64,000 nt of DNA from Mytilus trossulus (taxonomy: Eukaryota). Where the stretch lies: assembly GCF_036588685.1 (NCBI RefSeq), contig NW_026963297.1:2728001-2792000 (forward strand), read 5' to 3'. Each line of letters begins with the position of its first letter. Within the stretch, counting starts at the first letter, position 1. The notes beneath the pieces were generated by a model. It had not been told where the DNA came from, searched no databases, and worked only from the letters and a program-made list of their open reading frames with translations. Made by a program: the position numbers and the translations under genes. This document shows positions 14,344 through 27,432 of this stretch, piece after piece.

Positions 14344-17300
14344 ATGGCTGCCTTATTTATTTTCGACATTGTAAACAGAAGAGCTTTGAGAAGGGATCGC
14401 GTTTTTCGTGACAGAACCGACGATCTTGATTTTCTTAATGATGACCAGCTAATAGCACGGTATCGTTTTCCCAGGCAGTCTATTTTAGACTTAACAGATA
14501 CACTCAGAGATGCCATTGAAAGACCTTCAAACAGATCAAAGGCAATCCCACCGCATATTCAAGTAAGTATAACACAACACAAATCACATTTTACTTCCGT
14601 CTTGAGAAGTTTGGTCACATTAAAATTTGGTATTAAGATCTATTTAAATAAGAACTATATTTTCGTGCGTATTTAATCAATGACGCATTACCATGATTAC
14701 CTCAGGGCACCAATTACCTCAGGGCACCGATTACCTCAGGGCATACAGCAGCGGACCTAACTGCCATCTGCTCTTGAAGTTGAATGTGCAAATTTGGTGC
14801 TTTCTATCACGTCCGCTATGAAGTGAATGATTGCAAATTATGTTACGCCAATCCCGAACAAGCAACAATACAAGCAAGACTCGATGTTGTACAGATTTTT
14901 TAGAACATTAAAGATCACTAAACTTTTCTTTCTAAAGTCGAAAATTTGTCAGAGTGGAGGCACGAATATACCGGACTGCACCGTACGATAACAATATCAT
15001 ATCAGTGTCAATACTACAACCCGGTCTTTGCTTTGCAACAAATAGACTTAAAATTCTACATCCAGCAGATCGATATATTGATGTCAACATTGAAAATTAA
15101 CACACATTTTCCGCACGTATTTTGTTGTATAAATGAAGAAATCTTCGAATGTAAACTCTGTTGACGCTTTAGCCTTTTGATAAAGAGTGCTTTCTTTCAC
15201 GTCCGCATTTCTATGAAGTATGGCATGCCAAGTTAACATTTAAAATAATGATTACTACAGATGGGAGACACACACAACAAAACAGTACATACTAACATAC
15301 ATTGTTATTTGTAGGACTTAAGAGAGACCACATGTTACATGGATATATTACACATTGATTTAATTTGGATATTTTTAATAAAGAGAGCATCATGTATACT
15401 GTCCTTAATATTTATATACAGATATATACATATTTAACAAATTGTGTTTAAACGGAAAACTGTTATAAAGATGAAACCTATCCAACACTTTAGTATATCT
15501 TGGGTATAAACATCAAATAAATATCTGATATTCACATAGGATATAATAACATACAAAATATTGTACGTATGGGGATTGCACAGATATTCCCGACACCTCA
15601 TAAGTCCGACACCCTACTGGTCCACCACCCCAATATTCCGACAAAGGTTGATAACTGCAATGATAGAAAATTACTTCATGAGGGTGTGGATGTAGGTTTA
15701 TAGAATAGAGAATAACGGAGGGGTATAAAGAATAAAGAAAAATGGACCTATAACAAGGAATAGAGAATAATGAGTTGGAAAAATATAACAATTAGAGAAT
15801 AATGGGCATAAGGTATAGAGAAAAGAGAAAATTGCAAATATTTAAAAGAAAATTAAATTAGATATGACTACTGAACTCCCAATTCCAGACACCAATTCGT
15901 AGAATACTTGTTGGCATGGTATTTGAACGTGTCAAAACAATTGATTTTTAATTTTCTTATAGAAAGTAGACATTAATTTCCGTATACAAGGGTCGTCCCA
16001 TGTCCGTGCTTAGAGCCTCAGAAAACTTGTCAAAAACAGGGTCAATCATCTTGATGACGAGTGAAAATCACAAAAATCGACAATATTAAAAAAACATGGA
16101 AAACCTGTATGACCCATTAACTATAGTAAATCTAGTAATATTGTTAGCGAAAATTTTACAGAGCCTCCACTGACTCAAGTCCCCCACCCCCCTCATAAAT
16201 ATTATTATAGAACGATATATATTTGCGAAAGCAAATTTACAGATCTAACAATGTTGGGTTGATGTTTAGACGAGTTGTATATATATATGTTGTGTGTGCT
16301 GTTTTTAGACCCTTCTACAACGAAATTTGTTTGACATGCACACGTATAAAAATTGCGGTTTTTATCCAACGCAGTAGGTTTGAACGTAGTTTTCAATTTA
16401 GACTCGTTTATATTTTTTGTTTGGGCATGTATCATATTTTCCCTCCGGTTTATATGATCCGTTCATCCTATATATTGACTCTTTAAATTCATGAGTTAAT
16501 CTAAAAATGAGGGTACTTTTTATATGGCCTTCCAAATACCGTTTCGATCCCTAACATCACTGAAGAAACATTTATTGTCGAAATCCGGATATGGTGTACT
16601 AAAGAAATATTGACACCGAATGTTTGTGGCACAACATCCTGTCCACAAGTTAACAATGTTTTTTTTTTTCTGTGACGTATTAAATTTATATTAAGATCCA
16701 TTTTGTTACATCTTGTGATCAATTTTATTTGGCAATCGCCAATGGCAGTCAGCAGGGTTAAAGAACATCAGTTGTTCGACCTGTTAGTCAAATGCGCTTT
16801 GTTTAAATATACTTTTTCACTCTTTTGGTCTTTTGGAAAATGTTGTTTGTGCTGTTTTTAGACCCTTCTACAACGAAATTTGTTTGACATGCACACGTAT
16901 AAAAATTGCGGTTTTTATCCAACGCAGTAGGTTTGAACGTAGTTTTCAATTTAGACTCGTATATATATATAATTTGTTTGACATGCACACGTATAAAAAC
17001 TGCGGTTTTTATCCAACGCAGTCATAGGTTTGAACGTAGTTTTCAATTTAGACTCGTATATATATATATATATATATATATAAACGAGTCTAAATTGAAA
17101 ACTACGTTCAAACCTATGACTGCGTTGGATAAAAACCGCAATTTTTATACGTGTGCATGTCAAACAAATTTCGTTGTAGAAGGGTCTAAAAACAGCACAA
17201 ACAACATTTTCCAAAAGACCAAAAGAGTGAAAAAGTATATTTAAACAAAACGCATTTGACTAACAGGTCGAACAACTGATGTTCTTGAACCCTGCTGACT

Positions 17301-20300
17301 GCCATTGGCGATTGCCAAATAAAATTGATCACAGGTTGTAACAAAATGGATCTTATTATAAATTTAATACGTCACAGAAAAAAAAATTGTTAACTTGTGG
17401 ACAGGATGTTGTGCCACAAACATTCGGTGTCAATATTTCTTTAGTACACCATATCCGGATTTCGACAATAAATGTCTCTTCAGTGATGTTAGGGATCGAA
17501 ACGGTATTTGGAAGGCCATATAAAAAGCACCCTCATTTTTAGAGAAAGTACCCTCATTTTTAGATTAACTCTTGAATTTTAAGAGTCAATATATAGGATG
17601 AACGGATCATATAAACCAGAGGGAAAATATGATACATGCCCAAACAAAAAATATAAACGAGTCTAAATTGAAAACTACGTTCAAACCTATGACTGCGTTG
17701 GATAAAAACCGCAATTTTTATACGTGTGCATGTCAAACAAATTTCGTTGTAGAAGGGTCTAAAAACAGCACAAACAACATTTTCCAAAAGACCAAAAGAG
17801 TGAAAAAGTATATTTAAACAAAACGCATTTGACTAACAGGTCGAACAACTGATGTTCTTGAACCCTGCTGACTGCCATTGGCGATTGCCAAATAAAATTG
17901 ATCACAGGTTGTAACAAAATGGATCTTATTATAAATTTAATACGTCACAGAAAAAAAAATTGTTAACTTGTGGACAGGATGTTGTGCCACAAACATTCGG
18001 TGTCAATATTTCTTTAGTACACCATATCCGGATTTCGACAATAAATGTCTCTTCAGTGATGTTAGGGATCGAAACGGTATTTGGAAGGCCATATAAAAAG
18101 CACCCTCATTTTTAGAGAAAGTACCCTCATTTTTAGATTAACTCTTGAATTTTAAGAGTCAATATATAGGATGAACGGATCATATAAACCAGAGGGAAAA
18201 TATGATACATGCCCAAACAAAAAATATAAACGAGTCTAAATTGAAAACTACGTTCAAACCTATGACTGCGTTGGATAAAAACCGCAATTTTTATACGTGT
18301 GCATGTCAAACAAATTTCGTTGTAGAAGGGTCTAAAAACAGCACAAACAACATTTTCCAAAAGACCAAAAGAGTGAAAAAGTATATTTAAACAAAACGCA
18401 TTTGACTAACAGGTCGAACAACTGATGTTCTTGAACCCTGCTGACTGCCATTGGCGATTGCCAAATAAAATTGATCACAGGTTGTAACAAAATGGATCTT
18501 ATTATAAATTTAATACGTCACAGAAAAAAAAAATTGTTAACTTGTGGACAGGATGTTGTGCCACAAACATTCGGTGTCAATATTTCTTTAGTACACCATA
18601 TCCGGATTTCGACAATAAATGTCTCTTCAGTGATGTTAGGGATCGAAACGGTATTTGGAAGGCCATATAAAAAGCACCCTCATTTTTAGAGAAAGTACCC
18701 TCATTTTTAGATTAACTCTTGAATTTTAAGAGTCAATATATAGGATGAACGGATCATATAAACCAGAGGGAAAATATGATACATGCCCAAACAAAAAATA
18801 TAAACGAGTCTAAATTGAAAACTACGTTCAAACCTATGACTGCGTTGGATAAAAACCGCAATTTTTATACGTGTGCATGTCAAACAAATTTCGTTGTAGA
18901 AGGGTCTAAAAACAGCACAAACAACATTTTCCAAAAGACCAAAAGAGTGAAAAAGTATATTTAAACAAAACGCATTTGACTAACAGGTCGAACAACTGAT
19001 GTTCTTGAACCCTGCTGACTGCCATTGGCGATTGCCAAATAAAATTGATCACAGGTTGTAACAAAATGGATCTTATTATAAATTTAATACGTCACAGAAA
19101 AAAAATTGTTAACTTGTGGACAGGATGTTGTGCCACAAACATTCGGTGTCAATATTTCTTTAGTACACCATATCCGGATTTCGACAATAAATGTCTCTTC
19201 AGTGATGTTAGGGATCGAAACGGTATTTGGAAGGCCATATAAAAAGCACCCTCATTTTTAGAGAAAGTACCCTCATTTTTAGATTAACTCTTGAATTTTA
19301 AGAGTCAATATATAGGATGAACGGATCATATAAACCAGAGGGAAAATATGATACATGCCCAAACAAAAAATATAAACGAGTCTAAATTGAAAACTACGTT
19401 CAAACCTATGACTGCGTTGGATAAAAACCGCAATTTTTATACGTGTGCATGTCAAACAAATTTCGTTGTAGAAGGGTCTAAAAACAGCACAAACAACATT
19501 TTCCAAAAGACCAAAAGAGTGAAAAAGTATATTTAAACAAAACGCATTTGACTAACAGGTCGAACAACTGATGTTCTTGAACCCTGCTGACTGCCATTGG
19601 CGATTGCCAAATAAAATTGATCACAGGTTGTAACAAAATGGATCTTATTATAAATTTAATACGTCACAGAAAAAAAAATTGTTAACTTGTGGACAGGATG
19701 TTGTGCCACAAACATTCGGTGTCAATATTTCTTTAGTACACCATATCCGGATTTCGACAATAAATGTCTCTTCAGTGATGTTAGGGATCGAAACGGTATT
19801 TGGAAGGCCATATAAAAAGCACCCTCATTTTTAGAGAAAGTACCCTCATTTTTAGATTAACTCTTGAATTTTAAGAGTCAATATATAGGATGAACGGATC
19901 ATATAAACCAGAGGGAAAATATGATACATGCCCAAACAAAAAATATAAACGAGTCTAAATTGAAAACTACGTTCAAACCTATGACTGCGTTGGATAAAAA
20001 CCGCAATTTTTATACGTGTGCATGTCAAACAAATTTCGTTGTAGAAGGGTCTAAAAACAGCACAAACAACATTTTCCAAAAGACCAAAAGAGTGAAAAAG
20101 TATATTTAAACAAAACGCATTTGACTAACAGGTCGAACAACTGATGTTCTTGAACCCTGCTGACTGCCATTGGCGATTGCCAAATAAAATTGATCACAGG
20201 TTGTAACAAAATGGATCTTATTATAAATTTAATACGTCACAGAAAAAAAAATTGTTAACTTGTGGACAGGATGTTGTGCCACAAACATTCGGTGTCAATA

Positions 20301-23300
20301 TTTCTTTAGTACACCATATCCGGATTTCGACAATAAATGTCTCTTCAGTGATGTTAGGGATCGAAACGGTATTTGGAAGGCCATATAAAAAGCACCCTCA
20401 TTTTTAGAGAAAGTACCCTCATTTTTAGATTAACTCTTGAATTTTAAGAGTCAATATATAGGATGAACGGATCATATAAACCAGAGGGAAAATATGATAC
20501 ATGCCCAAACAAAAAATATAAACGAGTCTAAATTGAAAACTACGTTCAAACCTATGACTGCGTTGGATAAAAACCGCAATTTTTATACGTGTGCATGTCA
20601 AACAAATTTCGTTGTAGAAGGGTCTAAAAACAGCACAAACAACATTTTCCAAAAGACCAAAAGAGTGAAAAAGTATATTTAAACAAAACGCATTTGACTA
20701 ACAGGTCGAACAACTGATGTTCTTGAACCCTGCTGACTGCCATTGGCGATTGCCAAATAAAATTGATCACAGGTTGTAACAAAATGGATCTTATTATAAA
20801 TTTAATACGTCACAGAAAAAAAAATTGTTAACTTGTGGACAGGATGTTGTGCCACAAACATTCGGTGTCAATATTTCTTTAGTACACCATATCCGGATTT
20901 CGACAATAAATGTCTCTTCAGTGATGTTAGGGATCGAAACGGTATTTGGAAGGCCATACAAAAAGCACCCTCATTTTTAGAGAAAGTACCCTCATTTTTA
21001 GATTAACTCTTGAATTTTAAGAGTCAATATATAGGATGAACGGATCATATAAACCAGAGGGAAAATATGATACATGCCCAAACAAAAAATATAAACGAGT
21101 CTAAATTGAAAACTACGTTCAAACCTATGACTGCGTTGGATAAAAACCGCAATTTTTATACGTGTGCATGTCAAACAAATTTCGTTGTAGAAGGGTCTAA
21201 AAACAGCACAAACAACATTTTCCAAAAGACCAAAAGAGTGAAAAAGTATATTTAAACAAAACGCATTTGACTAACAGGTCGAACAACTGATGTTCTTGAA
21301 CCCTGCTGACTGCCATTGGCGATTGCCAAATAAAATTGATCACAGGTTGTAACAAAATGGATCTTATTATAAATTTAATACGTCACAGAAAAAAAAATTG
21401 TTAACTTGTGGACAGGATGTTGTGCCACAAACATTCGGTGTCAATATTTCTTTAGTACACCATATCCGGATTTCGACAATAAATGTCTCTTCAGTGATGT
21501 TAGGGATCGAAACGGTATTTGGAAGGCCATATAAAAAGCACCCTAATTTTTAGAGAAAGTACCCTCATTTTTAGATTAACTCTTGAATTTTAAGAGTCAA
21601 TATATAGGATGAACGGATCATATAAACCAGAGGGAAAATATGATACATGCCCAAACAAAAAATATAAACGAGTCTAAATTGAAAACTACGTTCAAACCTA
21701 TGACTGCGTTGGATAAAAACCGCAATTTTTATACGTGTGCATGTCAAACAAATTTCGTTGTAGAAGGGTCTAAAAACAGCACAAACAACATTTTCCAAAA
21801 GACCAAAAGAGTGAAAAAGTATATTTAAACAAAACGCATTTGACTAACAGGTCGAACAACTGATGTTCTTGAACCCTGCTGACTGCCATTGGCGATTGCC
21901 AAATAAAATTGATCACAGGTTGTAACAAAATGGATCTTATTATAAATTTAATACGTCACAGAAAAAAAAATTGTTAACTTGTGGACAGGATGTTGTGCCA
22001 CAAACATTCGGTGTCAATATTTCTTTAGTACACCATATCCGGATTTCGACAATAAATGTCTCTTCAGTGATGTTAGGGATCGAAACGGTATTTGGAAGGC
22101 CATATAAAAAGCACCCTCATTTTTAGAGAAAGTACCCTCATTTTTAGATTAACTCTTGAATTTTAAGAGTCAATATATAGGATGAACGGATCATATAAAC
22201 CAGAGGGAAAATATGATACATGCCCAAACAAAAAATATAAACGAGTCTAAATTGAAAACTACGTTCAAACCTATGACTGCGTTGGATAAAAACCGCAATT
22301 TTTATACGTGTGCATGTCAAACAAATTTCGTTGTAGAAGGGTCTAAAAACAGCACAAACAACATTTTCCAAAAGACCAAAAGAGTGAAAAAGTATATTTA
22401 AACAAAACGCATTTGACTAACAGGTCGAACAACTGATGTTCTTGAACCCTGCTGACTGCCATTGGCGATTGCCAAATAAAATTGATCACAGGTTGTAACA
22501 AAATGGATCTTATTATAAATTTAATACGTCACAGAAAAAAAAATTGTTAACTTGTGGACAGGATGTTGTGCCACAAACATTCGGTGTCAATATTTCTTTA
22601 GTACACCATATCCGGATTTCGACAATAAATGTCTCTTCAGTGATGTTAGGGATCGAAACGGTATTTGGAAGGCCATATAAAAAGCACCCTCATTTTTAGA
22701 GAAAGTACCCTCATTTTTAGATTAACTCTTGAATTTTAAGAGTCAATATATAGGATGAACGGATCATATAAACCAGAGGGAAAATATGATACATGCCCAA
22801 ACAAAAAATATAAACGAGTCTAAATTGAAAACTACGTTCAAACCTATGACTGCGTTGGATAAAAACCGCAATTTTTATACGTGTGCATGTCAAACAAATT
22901 TCGTTGTAGAAGGGTCTAAAAACAGCACAAACAACATTTTCCAAAAGACCAAAAGAGTGAAAAAGTATATTTAAACAAAACGCATTTGACTAACAGGTCG
23001 AACAACTGATGTTCTTGAACCCTGCTGACTGCCATTGGCGATTGCCAAATAAAATTGATCACAGGTTGTAACAAAATGGATCTTATTATAAATTTAATAC
23101 GTCACAGAAAAAAAAATTGTTAACTTGTGGACAGGATGTTGTGCCACAAACATTCGGTGTCAATATTTCTTTAGTACACCATATCCGGATTTCGACAATA
23201 AATGTCTCTTCAGTGATGTTAGGGATCGAAACGGTATTTGGAAGGCCATATAAAAAGCACCCTCATTTTTAGAGAAAGTACCCTCATTTTTAGATTAACT

Positions 23301-26300
23301 CTTGAATTGAATATATATATATATGAACTGTTTCGTTATAGGGACTGATTAAAAGAAAGACGAAAGAAATTAAATAGTCAATTAAGCTCAGAGGTCAAAA
23401 ACAAAACAATAATACCGTGTGACGTTTATAAAAAGAAACCCAAGACGCACAGCACTCCACTTACCACAACGCAGAAAACAAGCAAAACAGGGTGTTCTCG
23501 TGTTGTTGTTTTAAGCAATAACGGCTTTCATTATACAGAATTCATTTATTTCTCTTGTCATGAGATTGTAATGTCGTAGTTCTATTGGGTAGTTTTCTTT
23601 CATTTAAATTATTGTTTACATACATGTATATGAGACCGTTTTGTAAAGCCATGATCTTTTAAGCTTAACATACGATATATTGAATTTTGAGAGGCAAATG
23701 GTGACCTAGCAGTAGCTGCTTAAATCTTAATTAACCCATTTGGTGTGTATAGTTGCTCAAGCATCCACATCATTTTGGCCAAAAAAAATAAATAGCAGCA
23801 GTTCAACTCGAAAGTAAGGGTGAGGATATGAGGATAATATTCAGTCGTTTTCGGAGCAGTATGGTCTTTCATTTATGATAATTTAGTTTATGGTAAACAA
23901 GATAGTTCAATCGCATAATTGTATTTCAATAACTTTTGTTCGCAGAAATAAATCTACATCATCGGCTAAGGCAAGCGGGGAGGATGATGATACGCAGACC
24001 CGTGGACGTGTTTCATCTGAAATTAAACCTAGTAGATTGATGGCTTCTCATCTGACTTTAGCAACTAACAACTAAAACACCATATCCTAATATCGTTTCT
24101 TGTGACATGGTAAACGACGTGATAAAAAAATTCAATCTGTAATAGATCGTGATAATTCCTAGTCTAATGAATTCCCGTTTCTATCTAGGTTCAAATACTA
24201 ATTTTATTTTTAATTACAGAATAAACTAAGTTTCAATGTTCCCCGCCATGCACATTACATGTCATATTTTATCTATCAAAGGGTAAGGAACAAGGGAATA
24301 ACTAAAAAAGCACTTTTATATTTTTTATTCTCAATATCTTAAGAAAAATAAAAGCTTCACAGCAAATGAAAAGGGATTTCCATTACAATTAATATATTTC
24401 AAAAGGTCATAACTGGTTAAAAATATTTGATAACGACTTATTTTCGAAAGTATCAAAGACATTGCAGATAATATACGTTTCACTAAATCTGGCAAGAATT
24501 GTACACATGAGAGTGCTAACAAGACCGGACGATCAGACTTCTGGTATTTTTATCTCTCCTGCAACGCGCTTAGATAGGTAATAAAAAAATCAAAAACCTA
24601 AACTATAAGTTGAAACTGAGACTACTATAACACATGTTATAGTAGTCTCAGGTTGAAAGGGCAGTCACTTCAGTTCCTATATTCCGAAGTTCCCCAATTA
24701 TACAGAAGTGCCGCTGTAATGGGGTCCGCTTTTGATATGTCAAATATAAGATTGGGTGGGAAACTTTTACATCAAATATTTTTGAATTGAATGATGCATG
24801 TGATGGTAGTTACGAGGAAACAATAAAAGTCGGTTGAAAATATCAATATATGAATTGGTGTGTATTTTGAATTTAAACAAAAATCTAATTAGTGTCGGAT
24901 TCTGGGGGAGTACATGTGCTTTAAATAAAAAATATTTTTCTGCATAAAAAGGTCCCAAAAAAATTTCGACTCGCTCCGCTCGGCGAAACATCCACATCAT
25001 TCCAACCCTGGCTACGCCACTGGGTTACCTATATAAGCAATTATTTACCCGCAAAAAGGTGAATTATTCACACTTTATATATATATCACATTCATCCGTT
25101 TAAAATCAGTTTCTGATCACTTTAGCTTTCGCAATTTCCAGTATTGAGTACACTATTTTCAATATCCAGTGTACAAATTGTTTTATATTGAGTCACAATG
25201 TTCAATATGTCCAAGCAAATCAGTATATCTATCCTCAGTTGACAAAACCTTTGAAAAATCAGAGACATATGACATATATACACATATATGTCTCTGGAAA
25301 AATGTAACAAGTTGCAGGGCTTAATTTCTGCGAGTAATTTTCTGAATAACACATTTATATTGTTTTCCTATTTACCCACTCATTGTATATCCTCGTACAC
25401 CGGGAATTGCCGGTTGTGTACTACATATTGATTTAGGTGTAATATATATATAATATACTTTTTTTCTTTTTCGTAGGTCATGACAACATTGAGAATATTA
25501 GCAAAGGGCGACTATTTGTCCGAAGTTGCCGATTTGCATGGTATCTCCATTGCCTCTGCATCAAGAATAGTCCATTCTGTTTGCAATGCTATGTGTGATA
25601 GAATCCAGAACATCCAGTTCCCAAGAATGGAAGAAGAACAGAGGAAGATAAAACAGAGATTCTTTGAAATAAGCAGTTTCCCAAATGTGTTGGGTGCCAT
25701 TGATGGAACGCTTATTCCTATCCAAGGGATGTCAGGAGATGATGAGCCAAATTATGTTTGCAGGAAACAATACCACGCCATAAATGTACAGGCCATCTGT
25801 GATGCAGATTTGAAGTAAGTTATTTTTATAAGTTCATTATTCAGTAATTAAACAAAATAACAACAACATTGATATTAGAAATTTTAAAGCTAAATAAAAT
25901 TCGTGAATTTTCGAAAATAAGAGCGTGTACTTATTTACATGTACATTGAATTTCTTTGACATATTCTCCTTTTCCACTGATTCTTATTCAAAATAAAAAA
26001 GAAGATATGGTGTGATTACCAATGAGACAACTCTTTACAAGAGACCAATGACACAGAAATTAACAACTATACCTCACCTTCAACATTGATCAAAGCCCAA
26101 ATAACTATGTCTAAAAACTTTAAAAATGCTCCTTTTTTGCCTTATTCCTAAAAAAGGTGGGTTTTTTTTGTTGTTTTTTAATATAGATTAGACCTTGGAT
26201 TTTCCCGTTTGAATGGTTTTACACTAGTAATTTTGGGGCCCTTTATAGCTTGTTGTTCGGTGTGAGCCACGGTTCTGTGTTGAAGGCCGTACTTTGACCT

Positions 26301-27386
26301 ATAATGGTTTACTTTTTAAAAAAATTGTAATTTGGATGGAGAGTTGTCTCTTTGGCACTTACACCGCATCTTCCTATATCTATGAGGAAATGACCCCCCA
26401 AAATAAGCTCAACCTTCTATTTGTGGTATTGGAAGCTTTTAAAAAACGGGTGGGACCATCAAACCAAAAAAAAACAAGGTTTCTGCTAGCATAGATATTT
26501 GAAAATAAATAGCCAATTAACATAACCTGAACAGGAACCAATGAAAATGTTCAAGTTGCATTTATATAAGTATCTATGATCATGATTTTTTTTAGTAATA
26601 AAGTGTTTCTTCTATATTTTATTTAAAAGGTTTACAAACATAGTTGTTAAGTGGCCTGGAGCCACCCATGATGCCTTCATTCTGGCCAATTCCAATATTC
26701 CTACAATAATGGAGGGTCAGAATGGATGGCTTCTTGGGGATTCAGGATATGGATTAAAGAAATGGCTAATGACACCCTTATTAAATCCAAATTCACAGAA
26801 AGAAATAGCCTACAACAAATCTCATTGCAAGACCAGGAATACGGTAGAGAGGGCATTTGGTGTTCTTAAAGCTCGCTTCAGGTAATCTTTAATACTTGAT
26901 AAAAGCTGTTTTGCTTTTATCTTACTTTCTGTATCAAAAATGACTTATTAAATTGTCAGAATTTCATTATTAATAAATGGGTGTGTAATAACAGAATCAA
27001 ATTGGTAATTGGCAAATTGACTATTCCTTACAACACCAGGAGATGGAATAATTATTGAAAAAGAAACTTTTAATAGTAGTAGTGGAATATTAATTCAGAA
27101 TATAAACATTTCCATTCTCAATTTTAGTATCCAATTTAAACATATTAAACCTTTTTTTATTTACAGATGTCTACATAAAACCGGTGGGTCACTCCAATTC
27201 AACCCTCCTAAGTGTTGTAAGTTGATTGGGGCTTGTTTTAGACTACACAACAAGGCATGTAGTGATGGTCTGCCAGTGCCTGAGGATGAGGATATCCAAG
27301 AGTTAGGACATCATAACATTATAAATGATGACCAACCAAATAATGAGGCAAATGCTATAAGGAGAAGATTAATACAGAGATTTTGA
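14344..27386 (+). CDS. Harbinger (HARBI1-like, DDE_Tnp_4) transposase, 4 exons, ~342 aa
   Basis: Exons 14344-14562, 25477-25814, 26630-26881, 27167-27386, all GT-AG and phase-consistent (1029 nt). Motifs RVFRDR..RYRF, GAIDGT, KQYHAINVQ, WPGATHDA, LLGDSGY, VERAFGVLKARFR, LHN. Confidence 0.9.
16287..17056 (+). repeat. Inverted arm of the 573-bp ribozyme repeat (~1.2 units plus a short partial copy)
   Basis: Reverse complement of the array unit. Copies end at ...TTAGACTCGT followed by (TA)n near 16960 and 17057; (TA)n also precedes the arm at ~16277-16288. Confidence 0.9.
16554..16597 (+). ncRNA. Type I hammerhead ribozyme, variant with stem II mismatch
   Basis: ACATCA-CTGAAGA-AACATTTATTGTC-GAAA-TCCGGA-TA-TGGTGT. 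Same as the array copies except the first base of stem II is A instead of G. Confidence 0.7.
17083..23308 (-). repeat. Tandem array of ~10.9 near-identical 573-bp units, each with a hammerhead ribozyme (non-LTR retrozyme or PLE pseudo-LTR array)
   Basis: Period 572-574 bp, visible in the repeated ORF track and anchors. Bounded by (TA)n at 17057-17082 and ~23312-23323. Confidence 0.92.
17446..17489 (-). ncRNA. Minimal type I hammerhead ribozyme (first of 11 copies)
   Basis: Minus strand reads ACAUCA CUGAAGA GACA-UUUAU-UGUC GAAA UCCGGA UA UGGUGU: conserved core CUGANGA/GAAA, 4-bp stem II, short stem III with palindromic CCGG loop, AUA cleavage triplet, 6-bp stem I. Other copies have their lower coordinate at 18019, 18593, 19165, 19738, 20311, 20884, 21457, 22030, 22603 and 23176. 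Confidence 0.88.
26195..26383 (+). mobile_element. Short 3'-end fragment of the Naiad-like retroelement family
   Basis: Near-identical (reverse complement) to 33069-33255, the 3' terminus of the RT element, ending ...CATCTTCCTATATCTAT. Confidence 0.75.
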
Positions 27387-27432
27387 GTCAAAATAAATTT
27401 TGGATGACACTGATTATACAGTGATTAAGTTT

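Noticed and set aside
17262-17300. Second hammerhead on the plus strand of the 573-bp unit (CTGATGTTCTTGAAC)
   Set aside because: The core does not match CUGANGA/GAAA and no consistent three-stem fold is evident.
16205-22974. Repeated 62-75 aa ORFs (MIHAQTK..., MENVVCA...) as a tandem gene family
   Set aside because: Short overlapping frames on both strands of a non-coding repeat, with no recognisable domain; better explained by the ribozyme-bearing unit.
14344-27386. Orthologue of the domesticated gene HARBI1
   Set aside because: Flanked by intact TIRs with a linked Myb-like gene, so it is treated as a transposon gene; no symbol assigned.
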